DNA of 64,000 nt from Burkholderiaceae bacterium. GTDB taxonomy: Bacteria; Pseudomonadota; Gammaproteobacteria; Burkholderiales; Burkholderiaceae_E. A program made the position numbers and the translations under genes. Of the stretch, positions 19,768 to 29,215 are shown piece after piece (position 1 is the stretch's first letter; each line of letters begins with the position of its first letter). A model generated the notes under the pieces. It ran no database searches. It was not told the origin of the DNA and saw only the letters and a program-made list of their open reading frames with translations. Location of the stretch: NCBI GenBank assembly GCA_900299025.1, contig OMIE01000057.1:2287-66286 (forward strand), in the 5' to 3' direction.

Positions 19768-21341
19768 ATGGAATCCTTTTGGAGCACTTGTTCAACCACC
19801 CGACCGCGGCGATCTTCGATGCGCAGCCGCACGGGAAGCATATCGCGATCGACATCTAACCATACCTCAATGCTTGCGTCCTTTTTCCCCTGACGAGGCT
19901 CACGTTCGACCTTCAACAAACGAAGCCTTTGCCCATCGACGATTTCTTCGCTGACCGCGCGGGCAAAGAATCGGTTGAGTTCGACATGTCGTGAGAGGAT
20001 TAATGGAATCTGAATACCCGATGGTGATTGCAGGCGAGCGAGCTGACTGCTGGCAAGTGCAGACAGCTGCCAGGCAATACTTAGTCGGTCCTGAACGCCT
20101 TGAGCAATGGGAACACGGGTCCCATCCGAAAGCCTTACCTCCCGCTGCTCCCAGTCCATCTGCGCCCAGCGCTTCCCACGCTGGCCTCGTTGCTCTTCGT
20201 AGAACTCTGGTCGAAACCCCCAGGGCGAGACCCTACCTCGGCTCTCTTGCGTGAATTCGCCCTGAAAAAGCGCTGCGGCAAAGCCCTGGGGCCGTGCTTG
20301 ACTGCGCAAGACATAAAGCTCTTGATCGACCTCGACCTCGAATCGCACAAGTGCGACCACGCTGTCGTCTACCCGATCACCGTAATACATCTTATACTGC
20401 CAAGCACCTCGAAAAGCCTTCAGTTTTACAGGTAACCGCGCCTGGATCATCGCCTCGCGCGAAGCGCTTTCTGGAGCAGGTGCGGGCTGCGTTTGACTTG
20501 ACGGCCAGTTACCTTCCGAGGGCAGGTTTGCAGCTGCTGCCTGATCCGCCATGTCCTTTTCTTGTTGCCGCTGATAGGCCTGAATCCGTTCTGATAAGGA
20601 TTTCAATTCAGCCTCAAGCTGAGCCTTGCGCACAGCCTTGTCCGGGCTCTTCAAGGGTGGGGCCGGCGCTGGGGCTTCAGCGCGAGCCTGAGACCGCTTG
20701 CTCAAGTCATCAGCGACGGTATTCAGGGCTTGGCTATCGTCTGGCCTCGATACGCTGGTGTCGGTGGCCACGGGGCCGATCGACGGCGCGAGTTGGCTTG
20801 GTTCTTCGGCCTCGGCGCGTCCATCAGAGAGCAAAGCGTTTGCGTCTGCAGCAACGGCGATCGCTTCTGACACCGGGGCGCTTGCCTCGGCCTGCGCCGC
20901 AGGCTCATCCATCAGTGGCAGTTTAGCCTGTTCGGTCATGGGAGCTGCAGCGATTGACTGGGCCGACACCAGGGGCGGAGCAAAAACCATCCGCAGTTGA
21001 CCTCGCGCTGTGGCAAGGCGCTGAGCGAGCGCTGATTCGTCGTCCTCAAGGGACTTAAGGGAAGCCTCTTGAAGTTGCTCTTGACTGGGCCGCAGCGCTT
21101 GTCCGAGCGGGATGGAGGCTTCACTTGGCCACCAAAAGGGCGCACTCAGCGCAGCTGGAATCGCAACGTGTAACAACCCCGCGCCCAGCTGCCCTAGCCG
21201 ATGAAAACGCCGAGTGGGAATCACCGAATCAAGCGCCAGGGCCGAAGTCCATTGCTTTTGCTTCGCTTTAGCTGCAGTCATGGGGGGCGAGGTTGAAGTG
21301 CATACCTGAATGCTATCCTCAAGTGCTATGAACACGCGCAT
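19764..21341 (-). CDS. DUF3108-like protein with long low-complexity N-terminal half
   Basis: 525-aa ORF. The C-terminal about 225 aa (WQYKMYYG...SRGRVSPWGFRPEFYEEQRG...GVQDRLSIAWQL) resembles DUF3108. The N-terminal half is Ala/Pro/Gln/Ser-rich with a predicted membrane anchor. An alternative start is the ATG at 21281. Confidence 0.65.
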   Translation of the reverse strand: MRVFIALEDSIQVCTSTSPPMTAAKAKQKQWTSALALDSVIPTRRFHRLGQLGAGLLHVAIPAALSAPFWWPSEASIPLGQALRPSQEQLQEASLKSLEDDESALAQRLATARGQLRMVFAPPLVSAQSIAAAPMTEQAKLPLMDEPAAQAEASAPVSEAIAVAADANALLSDGRAEAEEPSQLAPSIGPVATDTSVSRPDDSQALNTVADDLSKRSQARAEAPAPAPPLKSPDKAVRKAQLEAELKSLSERIQAYQRQQEKDMADQAAAANLPSEGNWPSSQTQPAPAPESASREAMIQARLPVKLKAFRGAWQYKMYYGDRVDDSVVALVRFEVEVDQELYVLRSQARPQGFAAALFQGEFTQESRGRVSPWGFRPEFYEEQRGQRGKRWAQMDWEQREVRLSDGTRVPIAQGVQDRLSIAWQLSALASSQLARLQSPSGIQIPLILSRHVELNRFFARAVSEEIVDGQRLRLLKVEREPRQGKKDASIEVWLDVDRDMLPVRLRIEDRRGRVVEQVLQKDSM

Positions 21342-22398
21342 TCAACCCGAACGCTCTCAGGACGAATCATCCCAAAAGCTGTGGAGCAAACAACGTCGAT
21401 TGTTTTTGTTTCGGGCTGGCCGAACTGCCCTTGGATCAAGTCTTGCCGCTTCAGCAGCCTATGGTCTCGGGCCATGGATCCGGACTGCAAAAAGTCAGGC
21501 GCGGCACCATATTCGTTGGGTAGTGCCCACCCCGCCCGGTTCATCGGTTGATATCGCAGCGCGCCGGATTGCCGAGCGCCTTCGTGACTTGGATGGACGA
21601 ACCCATATCGTCGAAAACAAGCCTGGCGCGGGGGGAACCATTGCCGCGAGTGACATTGCCCGCTCCCCGGCCGATGGCCAACATTTTTTCGTTGGCTTTA
21701 ATGGCCCCTTGGCCACCGCCCACTTGATCTATCCTAAGCTCAGCTACCACCCGTTGCGCGATTTAAAACCAGTCATTGCCACGGTTTCGCAACCCCATGT
21801 CTTGGTGGTTCCCGCACAAAGCGATGATGCCCCGAAAAACTTGAGCGAGTTTATTGCGCTCCTGAAATCGAAACCTGGCCGCTTCCAATATGCTTCGGTC
21901 GGGAACGCGAGCGCGTCGCATCTCACGATGGAGTTATTCAAGGCTGAAGCAGGATTCTTCATGTTGCACATTCCTTATCAGGGTGGACCAGCCGCTGTGC
22001 TGGCCACGATGCAACATCAAGTCCATGCTTTGTTTACGGCGTACGTTAATGTGCAAGCCCCGGTCCAACAGGGTCGTTTGCGCTTGCTTGCCCAAGCGCA
22101 AGATCAGCCAAGCCCGGCACTTCGTGCAACACCGAGATTTGCCGATTTGGGCTATCCGCGCATGAATGCTCCATTGTTTAATGCGGTTGCGGCCCCTGCA
22201 GCCACCGCCGACGCCCTGATTGAGCAAGTAAATACTCAGATCAACGTCGTGTTGGCTGAGCAGGGCGTGAGAGAAGCACTTGCAAAGTCCGGTATGGATC
22301 CCATCGGCGGTTCGAGTCAAGCGATGGCCAAGCTTTTGTCGCAAGAGGAAGCGCGCTGGGCGCCAATCGTCAAAAGACTTGGCATCGAAATGGGCTAA
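21310..22398 (+). CDS. Bug/TctC-family substrate-binding protein (orphan, Tat-like signal)
   Basis: 362 aa with Bug motifs (VVPTPPGSSVDIAARRIAERL...ENKPGAGGTIAASDIARSPADG) and a twin-arginine-like KQRRLFLF leader. An alternative start is the ATG at 21328. Confidence 0.85.
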   Translation: MLSSSAMNTRIQPERSQDESSQKLWSKQRRLFLFRAGRTALGSSLAASAAYGLGPWIRTAKSQARHHIRWVVPTPPGSSVDIAARRIAERLRDLDGRTHIVENKPGAGGTIAASDIARSPADGQHFFVGFNGPLATAHLIYPKLSYHPLRDLKPVIATVSQPHVLVVPAQSDDAPKNLSEFIALLKSKPGRFQYASVGNASASHLTMELFKAEAGFFMLHIPYQGGPAAVLATMQHQVHALFTAYVNVQAPVQQGRLRLLAQAQDQPSPALRATPRFADLGYPRMNAPLFNAVAAPAATADALIEQVNTQINVVLAEQGVREALAKSGMDPIGGSSQAMAKLLSQEEARWAPIVKRLGIEMG

Positions 22399-22440
22399 TG
22401 CTTCACAAAGGAATGATGTTTCAGATAAGAGGTCTTTGTA

Positions 22441-23112
22441 ATGTCTCAAGCACAAGCGATTGAATCAAAGGAAATTGCAGCCATCCGACAAGACTATCAA
22501 CGAGCAGCCTTGGACGAATCGGAGGCTGGTCATGACCCCATTGCCCTCTTTCGAAGGTGGTTTGACGAGGCAGTGCATGCCCAAGTTGCGGAGGTCAATG
22601 CCTTTAGCCTAAGTACGATTAACGAGGCTGGTCGACCCAGCGCTCGGATTCTCTTGCTAAAGGGCATCGAGCAGGATGGCTTTACATTCTTTACCAATTA
22701 TCAGAGCGCCAAGGGGCAGGATATTGAACAGCAATGCGCTGTTGCGCTTGTGTTCTTGTGGGCTCCGCTCGAACGACAAGTACGTATTGAGGGTTTTGCC
22801 CTCAAGGTGAGCGAGGAAGAGTCCGATGCCTACTACGGTTCACGACCTCTCGGCAGCCGACTTGGCGCATGGGCTTCACCACAAAGCACGGTCATTGCCT
22901 CGCGAGATGTGCTTGAAGTCAACGAAGCCCGCTACAAATCACAATGGGGTGATTCACCGCCTCGGCCGCCCCACTGGGGCGGCTATCGGGTGGTTCCTGA
23001 CATGATCGAATTCTGGCAGGGACGAAGCTCGCGCCTCCATGACCGACTGCGCTATCGACGCGCAGCGCCGAGCACTCAAGCGCCATGGCAGCGAGAACGG
23101 CTTGCGCCTTAG
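22441..23112 (+). CDS. pdxH: Pyridoxamine 5-prime-phosphate oxidase
   Basis: 223 aa with PNPOx signatures (RILLLKG, RIEG, WGGYRV, IEFWQGRSSRLHDR). Confidence 0.95.
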   Translation: MSQAQAIESKEIAAIRQDYQRAALDESEAGHDPIALFRRWFDEAVHAQVAEVNAFSLSTINEAGRPSARILLLKGIEQDGFTFFTNYQSAKGQDIEQQCAVALVFLWAPLERQVRIEGFALKVSEEESDAYYGSRPLGSRLGAWASPQSTVIASRDVLEVNEARYKSQWGDSPPRPPHWGGYRVVPDMIEFWQGRSSRLHDRLRYRRAAPSTQAPWQRERLAP

Positions 23113-23156
23113 ACCCCTTTGCTAATTCACCCTTCGCTACCTCACCCTTTGCTACT
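23112..23156. repeat. Three tandem 15-bp direct repeats spanning the pdxH/msrA convergent gap
   Basis: The units are gaccccTTTGCTAat, tcaCCCTTCGCTAcc and tcaCCCTTTGCTAct. The array runs from the pdxH stop (23110-23112) into the msrA 3-prime end, past its stop at 23152-23154. Confidence 0.75.
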
Positions 23157-23772
23157 TCAAATACTTTGAAAACTGCTTGCGAAACTTTGCCACTTTGGGC
23201 GCCACAACGCCCATGCAATAGCCTTGAAACGGATTGCGTTCAAAGTAATTCTGGTGATAAGACTCTGCTCGCCAGAATCGTTCAAGCGGAACAATTTCAG
23301 TAACAATCGGTGCGCCAAATACTTTGGCGGCTTCAAGCTCGGCAAACAATGTTTGGGCCACCCTGACCTGCTCCTCATCAAGTGTGAAGATCACTGAACG
23401 GTACTGGGTGCCGTTGTCATATCCCTGCCGGTTCAAGGTTGTTGGATCATGGGTAGCAAAAAAGATTTGGTAGAGGGTTTTAAGGTTGATGGTACTCGGA
23501 TCAAACTGCACGCTGACCACCTCTGCATGACCGGTCGTTCCGGTGCAAATCGATTCGTAATCTGGATCGTTCTGTTTTCCACCGCTATAGCCTGAAGTCA
23601 CCCCTACAACGCCGCGAACCGCAAGAAACACTGCTTCTGTGCACCAAAAACAGCCCCCACCAACCACGATGGTATTGCTCGCTGACTGCCCGGCAGCAAG
23701 GCCGCGGCTAGCGGCATCTTGGGGTTGCGGCTTGTCGCCACCCTGTGAAAACCACGACTTAATCATTTTCAA
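23152..23772 (-). CDS. msrA: Peptide-methionine (S)-S-oxide reductase
   Basis: 206 aa with the active-site motif GGGCFWCTEAVF. Confidence 0.95.
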   Translation of the reverse strand: MKMIKSWFSQGGDKPQPQDAASRGLAAGQSASNTIVVGGGCFWCTEAVFLAVRGVVGVTSGYSGGKQNDPDYESICTGTTGHAEVVSVQFDPSTINLKTLYQIFFATHDPTTLNRQGYDNGTQYRSVIFTLDEEQVRVAQTLFAELEAAKVFGAPIVTEIVPLERFWRAESYHQNYFERNPFQGYCMGVVAPKVAKFRKQFSKYLK

Positions 23773-23877
23773 TCCTTATATCGATCGAGAAAAGCCCTTC
23801 TACGAAACTGTGCTTACTCGCTTTCTGGGCTTGGCCTTGTTGAATCATCCTACAATCGGTGAAGCATTAGCCTCTTG

Positions 23878-25107
23878 ATGGAGAAAGTTGTGAGTGTTTC
23901 GACGCAAAACCGTTCCAAGGAAAAAGCCAGTTTTCAATGGGCAGACCCCCTGCTTCTTGATCAACAACTAAGTGATGACGAGCGCATGGTGCGTGACGCT
24001 GCAAGCGCTTACTGTGAAGACAAGCTCGCCCCACGAGTACTGGACGCTTTTCGACACGAGCATACCGATCCGGCAATTTTCCAGGAAATGGGGCAGATAG
24101 GCCTGCTAGGCCCAACGATTCCAAGCGAATACGGCGGTCCGGGTCTGAATTACGTAAGCTATGGCCTGATCGCGCGCGAAGTCGAACGAATTGATTCTGG
24201 CTATCGCTCGATGATGAGTGTTCAGTCGTCGCTGGTGATGCTGCCGATTTATGAATTCGGAACCGAGGCGCAACGTCGCAAATACCTGCCCAAGCTCGCT
24301 AGTGGCGAGTGGATTGGCTGCTTTGGCCTCACCGAGTCAAACCACGGTTCGGATCCAGCGTCAATGGACACCCGCGCGAAGGCGATTGATGGAGGCTACC
24401 TGCTTACGGGATCCAAGATGTGGATTTCGAATTCACCGATTGCAGACGTTTTTGTAGTCTGGGCCAAGTGTCAGGGCGGTGAGTACGATGGAAGGATTAA
24501 GGGCTTCATCCTAGAAAAGGGCATGGCGGGCCTGAGCGCGCCTAAGATTCTTGGCAAGGTCGGCTTGAGAGCCTCAATCACCGGCGAGATCGTCATGGAT
24601 CAGGTCGAAGTTTCTGAGGCGCAAATGCTACCTGGCGTTGAAGGTCTCAAGGGGCCCTTCACCTGCTTGAATTCTGCGCGCTACGGGATTGCCTGGGGTG
24701 CACTCGGAGCTGCTGAATACTGTTGGCACAGCGCACGTCAATACACGATGGATCGTAAACAATTTGGGCGACCGCTCGCAGCTAACCAATTGATCCAGAA
24801 AAAACTTGCCGATATGCAGACGGAAATCACGCTCGGTCTGCAAGCTTGTCTGCGGCTTGGCCGGATGAAAGACGAAGGCAGTGCAGCCGTTGAAATCACG
24901 TCGATCATGAAGCGTAACTCCTGTGGGAAGGCGCTTGATGTTGCTCGAATGGCCCGCGATATGTTGGGCGGCAATGGCATCTCCGATGAGTTTGGGGTTG
25001 CGCGCCATCTCGTGAATCTCGAAGTCGTCAACACCTACGAAGGCACCCACGACATCCACGCATTGATTCTTGGTCGGGCACAAACCGGCATTCAGGCTTT
25101 CTTCTGA
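23878..25107 (+). CDS. gcdH: Glutaryl-CoA dehydrogenase (acyl-CoA dehydrogenase family)
   Basis: The GCDH-like N-terminus [24 protein letters not shown] is followed by ACAD domains. The start is uncertain: TTG 23875, ATG 23878, or GTG 23890 with an upstream GGAG. Confidence 0.92.
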   Translation: MEKVVSVSTQNRSKEKASFQWADPLLLDQQLSDDERMVRDAASAYCEDKLAPRVLDAFRHEHTDPAIFQEMGQIGLLGPTIPSEYGGPGLNYVSYGLIAREVERIDSGYRSMMSVQSSLVMLPIYEFGTEAQRRKYLPKLASGEWIGCFGLTESNHGSDPASMDTRAKAIDGGYLLTGSKMWISNSPIADVFVVWAKCQGGEYDGRIKGFILEKGMAGLSAPKILGKVGLRASITGEIVMDQVEVSEAQMLPGVEGLKGPFTCLNSARYGIAWGALGAAEYCWHSARQYTMDRKQFGRPLAANQLIQKKLADMQTEITLGLQACLRLGRMKDEGSAAVEITSIMKRNSCGKALDVARMARDMLGGNGISDEFGVARHLVNLEVVNTYEGTHDIHALILGRAQTGIQAFF

Positions 25108-25112
25108 GTCAT

Positions 25113-26555
25113 TTGGAAAGCGAAGTACGCTTCACTGAAGGCCAGATCCACCGCATCATCGCCGGACTGGTCCTCGCCATCTTTGTTGCCGCGGTCGACT
25201 CCACGCTGGTGTCTGTTGCCCTGCTATCGATTGGAAAAGACCTGGGACATATGGAGCAGTTGCCCTGGGTCATGTCGGGCTATTTGGCAGCCTCGGCCGT
25301 GGCAACCCCAATTTACGGCAAGCTCTCCGACCTCTACGGCCGCAGGCCGTTGATGCTCGGATCGCTATTGGGCTTTGCACTTACCAGTCTCGGTTCAGCG
25401 CTTGCGCCAAGCATGGCATTTTTAATCCTGATGCGAATCCTGCAAGGCCTAACGGGAGGTGCAGTTATCGCGATGGCTCAGGCGACCATTGCCGATATTG
25501 TGCCGGCCCGAGAGCGCGGCCGCTATCAAGGTTGGCTGTCGGCAACGTTTGCTAGTGCTGCAATGCTCGGGCCTGTGCTTGGTGGCTATTTAACCGGGCT
25601 TTTTGGCTGGCGCATGGTCTTTGCCTCGATGATCCCGTTGACGTTGCTGGCCATTTGGCGAGTGGCCAAAGTATTGCGCTTATTGCCCGTTACCACGAAG
25701 CAGCGCCCAATCGATTGGTTAGGCGCCATCTTGCTCAGCGTCTCGCTATCAAGCCTGATGAGCTTCCTGACCCTCACTGGGCAGGGACATCGCCTTGCCG
25801 AACCAACGATGCTCTTACTTATGGGCGGCTTCGTTGTGAGCACCGCCCTTTGTATTGCCCAAGAGCGCCGTGCCCCCGAACCCATCATCCCGCCGTCGAT
25901 CCTGTCGCGTCGTGGCGTCTGGGTGCCTTGCGTGAATGTCACCTGCATTTTTTTCATGTTGATTGGCTTGAGTAATATGCTGCCGATTGCCATGCAATCG
26001 GGAGGCGCCCAAAGCGTCGATGAGGCTGCGCTGAGAATGTTGCCGCTCACGCTGGGTATTCCATGTGGTGCTTTTCTTGCGGGTCGCTGGACCTACCGAA
26101 CCGGCGCCTCGCGTCGTGTGATTTTCACAGGGCTGAGCCTGGTACTCAGCATGCTCGGACTCATGATCCTCATTCCCGTCCATGCGGTTAAGCCTTTGCT
26201 CTTCGTCATGGGATTTCTTGGGCTTGGCTCGGGTATGGTCATGGTGACCTCGCTGGTGGTTGCCCAATCCTCGGTGCCTGCTCAATTTACCGGAATCACC
26301 ACTGCGGTCGTGGCCTGTTGTCGCACCGTAGGTTCGGCAGTCGGCGTATCGACGCTTGCCGCTGTACTTTTCATCGCACTCAGGGATCAAGCGCCGAATG
26401 AGCAGGATCTCAGGCGCCTATTGGAAATCGTATCGACCACCGAAGCAGCCCAAGCCTTTAAGGCAGTCATCATCATGGCTTTTGCGATTGCCGCCATACC
26501 TTTGATGACGATGCTTGCCGCGGGTCGAGAGATTGGTGCCGGCTTGAGGCATTAG
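25113..26555 (+). CDS. MFS transporter (DHA2/EmrB-like, about 14 TM)
   Basis: 480-aa polytopic protein with the MFS motif GKLSDLYGRRPLM. It has a TTG start 6 nt after the gcdH stop. Confidence 0.88.
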   Translation: MESEVRFTEGQIHRIIAGLVLAIFVAAVDSTLVSVALLSIGKDLGHMEQLPWVMSGYLAASAVATPIYGKLSDLYGRRPLMLGSLLGFALTSLGSALAPSMAFLILMRILQGLTGGAVIAMAQATIADIVPARERGRYQGWLSATFASAAMLGPVLGGYLTGLFGWRMVFASMIPLTLLAIWRVAKVLRLLPVTTKQRPIDWLGAILLSVSLSSLMSFLTLTGQGHRLAEPTMLLLMGGFVVSTALCIAQERRAPEPIIPPSILSRRGVWVPCVNVTCIFFMLIGLSNMLPIAMQSGGAQSVDEAALRMLPLTLGIPCGAFLAGRWTYRTGASRRVIFTGLSLVLSMLGLMILIPVHAVKPLLFVMGFLGLGSGMVMVTSLVVAQSSVPAQFTGITTAVVACCRTVGSAVGVSTLAAVLFIALRDQAPNEQDLRRLLEIVSTTEAAQAFKAVIIMAFAIAAIPLMTMLAAGREIGAGLRH

Positions 26556-26624
26556 CCTTAGCGAGCCGATTACTCATGGGTGATGCTGATCCGAACCATC
26601 CTTAGTCGTTGCAGTCCACACGCT

Positions 26625-27866
26625 TTAGCCTCGGGATCCAAGTACAGCTTGGATCTGATCGTCGCTATAACCCGCTTCGCGAAGTACCTCCGCGCTGTGC
26701 TCGCCAAGTTGTGGCGCGAGGCGCCGAATTGACGGCGGCGTTTCACTCCAATGGCTCGGCACCCGTGTCATACGCACACGCCCTTCCGACGGATGATCGG
26801 CCTCTTGAAAGAGCCCAACGGCTTGCAAGTGAGGATCGTGTTGTAAATCCTCAAGCCGGTTCACCAAGGTCCATGGCACATCGACGCCCTTAAGTCTTTC
26901 GACCCAGGCCTCATTGCTGTGCTTGGCGACCTCTTGGCCGATCAATTCATACATGGCCGAAACATTTGCTGCACGAGCTTGTTGGGTCGAAAAGCGCGGA
27001 TCGTGCTTTAAATCATCACGTCCGGCGGCCTTGAGAAAGCCTTCCCACTGCTTGTTGTTGTAGGGCAAGACAACAAGAAAACCGTCGCGCGTGGCATGCG
27101 GTCTGCGGTGAGTTGACAAAATCCTGCTGTAACCCATGGCGCCCTCAGCCGGGACAAAACTCTCGCCCCCAAGATGCTCCCCCAAAGCAAACGCCGTCAT
27201 GGTTTCAAACATAGGCACATCGACCGATTGCCCCTTACCTTGGCGCTCACGAGCAAAAAGCGCAGCCAAGACCGCCTGCACCACATGAAGGCCTGAGACA
27301 CGGTCGCAAAAATTCAGTGGTACGAGCCTCGGAGGACCCGCTTGGTGCCTTCCGACCAAATCAGCAGCCCCGCTCATTGCCTGAATCAAATCATCATAAG
27401 CAGCGCGCGCCGCATAAGGCCCGTCCTGCCCAAAGCCAAAACAGCCCACGTAAATGATTCGAGGATTCACTGCATGTAAATCCTCATATGCGAGTTGAAG
27501 TCGCTTCATTGCCTGAGGGCGGATGTTGTAGACCAAGACATCGGCCTGCCGCGCAAGATCGATACAGGCCTGGCGCCCCGTTTCCGTTTTTAAATCCAAA
27601 ACGATTGAACGTTTATTACGGTTAACGTTCAAAAAAACATGCCCCATTTGCGCTGATCGACCCGGTCCAGGAAAACGCATGACATCGCCCTCGGGACTTT
27701 CGACTTTGATCACGTCAGCACCGTAATCACCAAGGATTTGGGTTGCGTAAGGACCCATAATCACCGTTGTAAGGTCAAGTACTTTGACACCAGCAAGTGG
27801 ACCTTGATTGTGCGGTGACATAGCATCACCAAAGGCCACCTGCGGCGCTGCGGCCATCGGATTCAT
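26625..27866 (-). CDS. Family III CoA-transferase (CaiB/BaiF)
   Basis: 413 aa with N-terminal GVKVLDLTTVIMGPYATQILGDYGADVIKVE, typical of CaiB/BaiF. Its start overlaps the upstream stop as ATGA. Confidence 0.9.
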   Translation of the reverse strand: MNPMAAAPQVAFGDAMSPHNQGPLAGVKVLDLTTVIMGPYATQILGDYGADVIKVESPEGDVMRFPGPGRSAQMGHVFLNVNRNKRSIVLDLKTETGRQACIDLARQADVLVYNIRPQAMKRLQLAYEDLHAVNPRIIYVGCFGFGQDGPYAARAAYDDLIQAMSGAADLVGRHQAGPPRLVPLNFCDRVSGLHVVQAVLAALFARERQGKGQSVDVPMFETMTAFALGEHLGGESFVPAEGAMGYSRILSTHRRPHATRDGFLVVLPYNNKQWEGFLKAAGRDDLKHDPRFSTQQARAANVSAMYELIGQEVAKHSNEAWVERLKGVDVPWTLVNRLEDLQHDPHLQAVGLFQEADHPSEGRVRMTRVPSHWSETPPSIRRLAPQLGEHSAEVLREAGYSDDQIQAVLGSRG

Positions 27867-29215
27867 GGGTTAGCTCCAAGATCATCAAATGACATATCGA
27901 AATCTAAGTCATCGGCTGCCTCCTGAGCAGGCAACATTTGCTGTGGTGCCGACTGCTGCGGCGTTTGCTGCGGAGACTGCAGTGGCTGCTCGAACTGCTC
28001 AAAAATCATGTCAGAATCCGCAGGAAGCGCCATGTCATGACCCACTGGATCGCTCTTGGCAAGAGCCTTCGGATTGATTAAACCGTGTTTGGTTGCATAG
28101 CTTGCACGCTCGATACGGTCAATCACCGCTTCCCAACCCTTGTCATCACGCAGCATATCAATCGGTGATGGCAAGACCACGATTAAGGCCTCGGCCTCTG
28201 ACTCGTCCATACTGCGTAACTGACGATACAAAAGCTGCGCCATTGATTCAGGTGAATCGGGCACGGCCCCAAGACCAAGACTGATTTCAAATTCATACGC
28301 ATCAAGGGACTGCGCTTCCACACCCCAAAGCGCAAGTCGCCTGAACCCTTGTTGGTGTAATTCGGCGAGCTTTGGAGCTAGTAAGCTCTGATCGAGCACA
28401 TACAGCGGCTTATTGGGTGCGTAGTGCGAAAGCAAAGTACCTGATGCCTTTGGGAGCAAAAGATTGGAGCGCTTTTGCGTTTTGGCCTCAATCGCTTGCG
28501 GCTTAATCAAAGGAATCGGCATCCCAAGAACCGCCTCAAGCTGCTCGCGGCTAATCACGCCAGGTCGCAAAACCCGCGGCTCATCTGTACTTAAATCAAG
28601 CACCGTCGACTCGATACCTGCGTCCGAGGACCCACCGTCGATCATCCAACAATCAGGTAACTTGGGATCACTTAAGCGCAAACGCCTTGATGCATGGGCA
28701 TACATCATTCGGCGCATATCGCTCTCAACATGATCAGGATCTGTCGGACTGAGCTTGCCATAGGGGTTTGCAGACGGCGCTGCAACACCCTTACCGCCGA
28801 TTGCCGAAAATTGACTAAGCAAGGCACGAGCCACCGGATGCGATGGACAACGCAAAGCGACGGTTTTTTGTGCTCCCAGTGCATGCATGGGGATTGCTGG
28901 CCGCCTCGGCAGAATGAGACTGAGCGGGCCTGGCCAAAGTGCCCCGATCACTCGCAAGGCAAGCGGGTTGAGCTTTGCCCAGCTACTTGCATCGGCCAAA
29001 CCCGAAACATGGATGATGAGCGGATGATCACTGGGTCGTTGCTTGAGTGCGAACAGGGCTTCAACGGCTGCTTGCTTGGCCGCATTTGCGCCCAGGCCGT
29101 AGACCGTTTCGGTAGGAAAAGCCACAATACCCCCGCGACGCAGATGCGATGCAGCTTCATTAATTTCGGAGGAATCGGTCGAAAGGCGTCTAAAGTTTGC
29201 TTGTTCCATGATCAT
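27863..29215 (-). CDS. L-threonylcarbamoyladenylate synthase (Sua5/TsaC family) with extended C-terminal tail
   Basis: 450 aa. It has a YrdC-like domain (GGIVAFPTETVYGLGANA) and a Sua5 C-domain, then a roughly 100-aa Q/P-rich and acidic tail ending in DDLDFDMSFDDLGANP. It is ATGA-coupled on both sides. Confidence 0.88.
   Translation of the reverse strand: MIMEQANFRRLSTDSSEINEAASHLRRGGIVAFPTETVYGLGANAAKQAAVEALFALKQRPSDHPLIIHVSGLADASSWAKLNPLALRVIGALWPGPLSLILPRRPAIPMHALGAQKTVALRCPSHPVARALLSQFSAIGGKGVAAPSANPYGKLSPTDPDHVESDMRRMMYAHASRRLRLSDPKLPDCWMIDGGSSDAGIESTVLDLSTDEPRVLRPGVISREQLEAVLGMPIPLIKPQAIEAKTQKRSNLLLPKASGTLLSHYAPNKPLYVLDQSLLAPKLAELHQQGFRRLALWGVEAQSLDAYEFEISLGLGAVPDSPESMAQLLYRQLRSMDESEAEALIVVLPSPIDMLRDDKGWEAVIDRIERASYATKHGLINPKALAKSDPVGHDMALPADSDMIFEQFEQPLQSPQQTPQQSAPQQMLPAQEAADDLDFDMSFDDLGANP

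Noticed and set aside
20294-20926. 210-aa ORF antisense to the low-complexity half of the DUF3108 gene
   Set aside because: The product is Arg/Pro-rich, the expected complement of Ala/Gly/Ser-rich coding sequence. It has no start context.
23112-23156. Possible mini-CRISPR
   Set aside because: There are only three contiguous 15-bp units with no spacers and no cas genes. It is kept as a plain tandem repeat instead.
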